Below the pieces are notes generated by a model that saw only the letters and a list, made by a program, of their open reading frames with translations, made no database searches and was not told where the DNA came from. The position numbers were made by a program, and so were the translations under genes. A stretch of DNA of 15,030 nt, taken from positions 1-15,030 of the IMG/VR virus record IMGVR_UViG_3300014749_000039; one strand, given 5' to 3'. This DNA is from a virus (lineage: Duplodnaviria > Heunggongvirae > Uroviricota > Caudoviricetes). Shown here in pieces: positions 14,885-15,030 of this stretch (position 1 is its first letter; every line of letters starts with the position of its first letter).

Positions 14885-15030
14885 GTTGATGGTCAGAACG
14901 ACCAGTTCACACCAGCTACCGCGTTCCACGGGGATTCCACACCGGCACTATGGCTATACCCCACCCCAAGATGCCCGCTTAACGTACTGCTGAATGAGGC
15001 TTTAATACCTGCCTGGTATATTCCACGTCT

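Noticed and set aside
14711-14929. 72-aa minus-strand ORF
   Set aside because: Overlaps the ssrA 3' fragment and the terminator hairpin; no SD; likely spurious.
1-15030. CRISPR arrays, IS elements/transposases, rRNA genes
   Set aside because: No regularly spaced direct repeats, no transposase-like ORFs or terminal inverted repeats, and no rRNA-like sequence were seen.

Overview
This window reads as the integrase-proximal ~12.5 kb of a phage 186/P2-like (peduovirus-type) prophage in an enterobacterial genome, followed by a 2.3 kb AT-rich islet and a 45-nt copy of the tmRNA (ssrA) 3' end that looks like the attachment-site repeat. Order on the + strand: terminase large subunit (3' part, gene runs off the left edge) -> portal -> AT-rich two-gene cassette on the minus strand (ComF-like phosphoribosyltransferase + DprA/Smf-like protein) -> cos-like site -> signal-peptide protein -> LexA-box-controlled operon (62-aa protein + DinI-like) -> rolling-circle replication protein A <- Dam methylase <- TraR-like zinc finger <- small early genes <- CII-like <- Apl-like | switch region | CI-like repressor -> integrase -> AT-rich islet with a kinase-like/deoxycytidylate-deaminase fusion (minus strand) -> ssrA 3' fragment. 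The two most interesting loci are the cargo sites. One is the PRTase+DprA pair, which matches what I recall as the candidate anti-phage pair 'DprA-PPRT' from P2-like hotspots. The other is the AvcD/dCTP-deaminase-like gene between int and att, with an upstream AT-rich leader that could encode an AvcI-like sRNA. All homology calls are from reading the translations and from memory of family motifs; no database search was run. Coordinates of starts were refined by hand using in-frame ATG plus Shine-Dalgarno context.
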